From Porphyridium purpureum (lineage: Eukaryota): a DNA stretch of 64,000 nt. Numbering within the stretch: the first letter of the stretch is position 1; every line of letters starts with the position of its first letter. The stretch lies in the NCBI GenBank assembly GCA_008690995.1, contig VRMN01000001.1:620001-684000 (forward strand). Direction: 5' to 3'. Below the pieces are notes generated by a model. That model worked only from the letters and a program-made list of their open reading frames with translations. It did no database searches and was not told the DNA's origin. Positions 63,797 through 64,000 of the stretch are shown here, one piece after another. The position numbers were made by a program, and so were the translations under genes.

Positions 63797-64000
63797 TTAA
63801 AAACATTCGCGCGGTCGGATGGGCATGCACAAGTTGTAAAACGAATTAGGTACAAAAAGGTCTGCTGTCTTCCAGCCGCACCAGCCCTTCTCAAGGATCA
63901 CTTTCTCATCCTCCTGCCCGATGTAATGCGGATCCAAGATCAGAAATTGTGTCTTTCCCGTCGTGTGGTCAAAGCTGACACCAAGAAGCGTGTACGCAAG
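63797..64000 (-). CDS. UFSP2: C-terminal end of Ufm1-specific protease (partial; runs off the window)
   Basis: Manual translation gives [67 protein letters not shown], containing the DPHY catalytic motif. Confidence 0.88.
   Translation of the reverse strand, partial: LAYTLLGVSFDHTTGKTQFLILDPHYIGQEDEKVILEKGWCGWKTADLFVPNSFYNLCMPIRPRECF

Overview
Gene-dense, intron-poor eukaryotic nuclear DNA, most likely from a unicellular red alga such as Porphyridium. That assignment is an inference from the MAFV-type plastid transit peptides, a CmCLC-like CLC, the scarcity of introns and the GC-rich codons. About 30 protein genes are supported: thioredoxin reductase, a head-to-head MgtC pair, Fcf2, CCDC47, SLAC1, mitochondrial S19, PMM, MATE, Sec24, CLC, UNG, a 3-exon Hikeshi missed by the ORF track, H2A.X/H2B, SPT5, CDC27, ALG9, PGI, RPB4, a proteasome beta1 subunit and a partial UFSP2. 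The standout is an intact, very young LTR retrotransposon at 56734-62729 with a CAGGG target-site duplication. It combines gypsy-like Gag/protease with copia-type IN-RT-RNaseH, expresses Pol through a GGGAAAC slippery site plus pseudoknot (-1 frameshift), and has non-TG...CA termini. It also carries a TRF/telobox-like Myb domain after the integrase, and it has inserted at a telo-box-like AGGGTTTA in a promoter, which suggests Myb-guided targeted integration. Other notable items are an identical histone 3' stem-loop-like element with a downstream purine motif after both H2A and H2B, a recurrent RCTGTAC promoter motif, and an ER-retained JmjC pseudo-enzyme.
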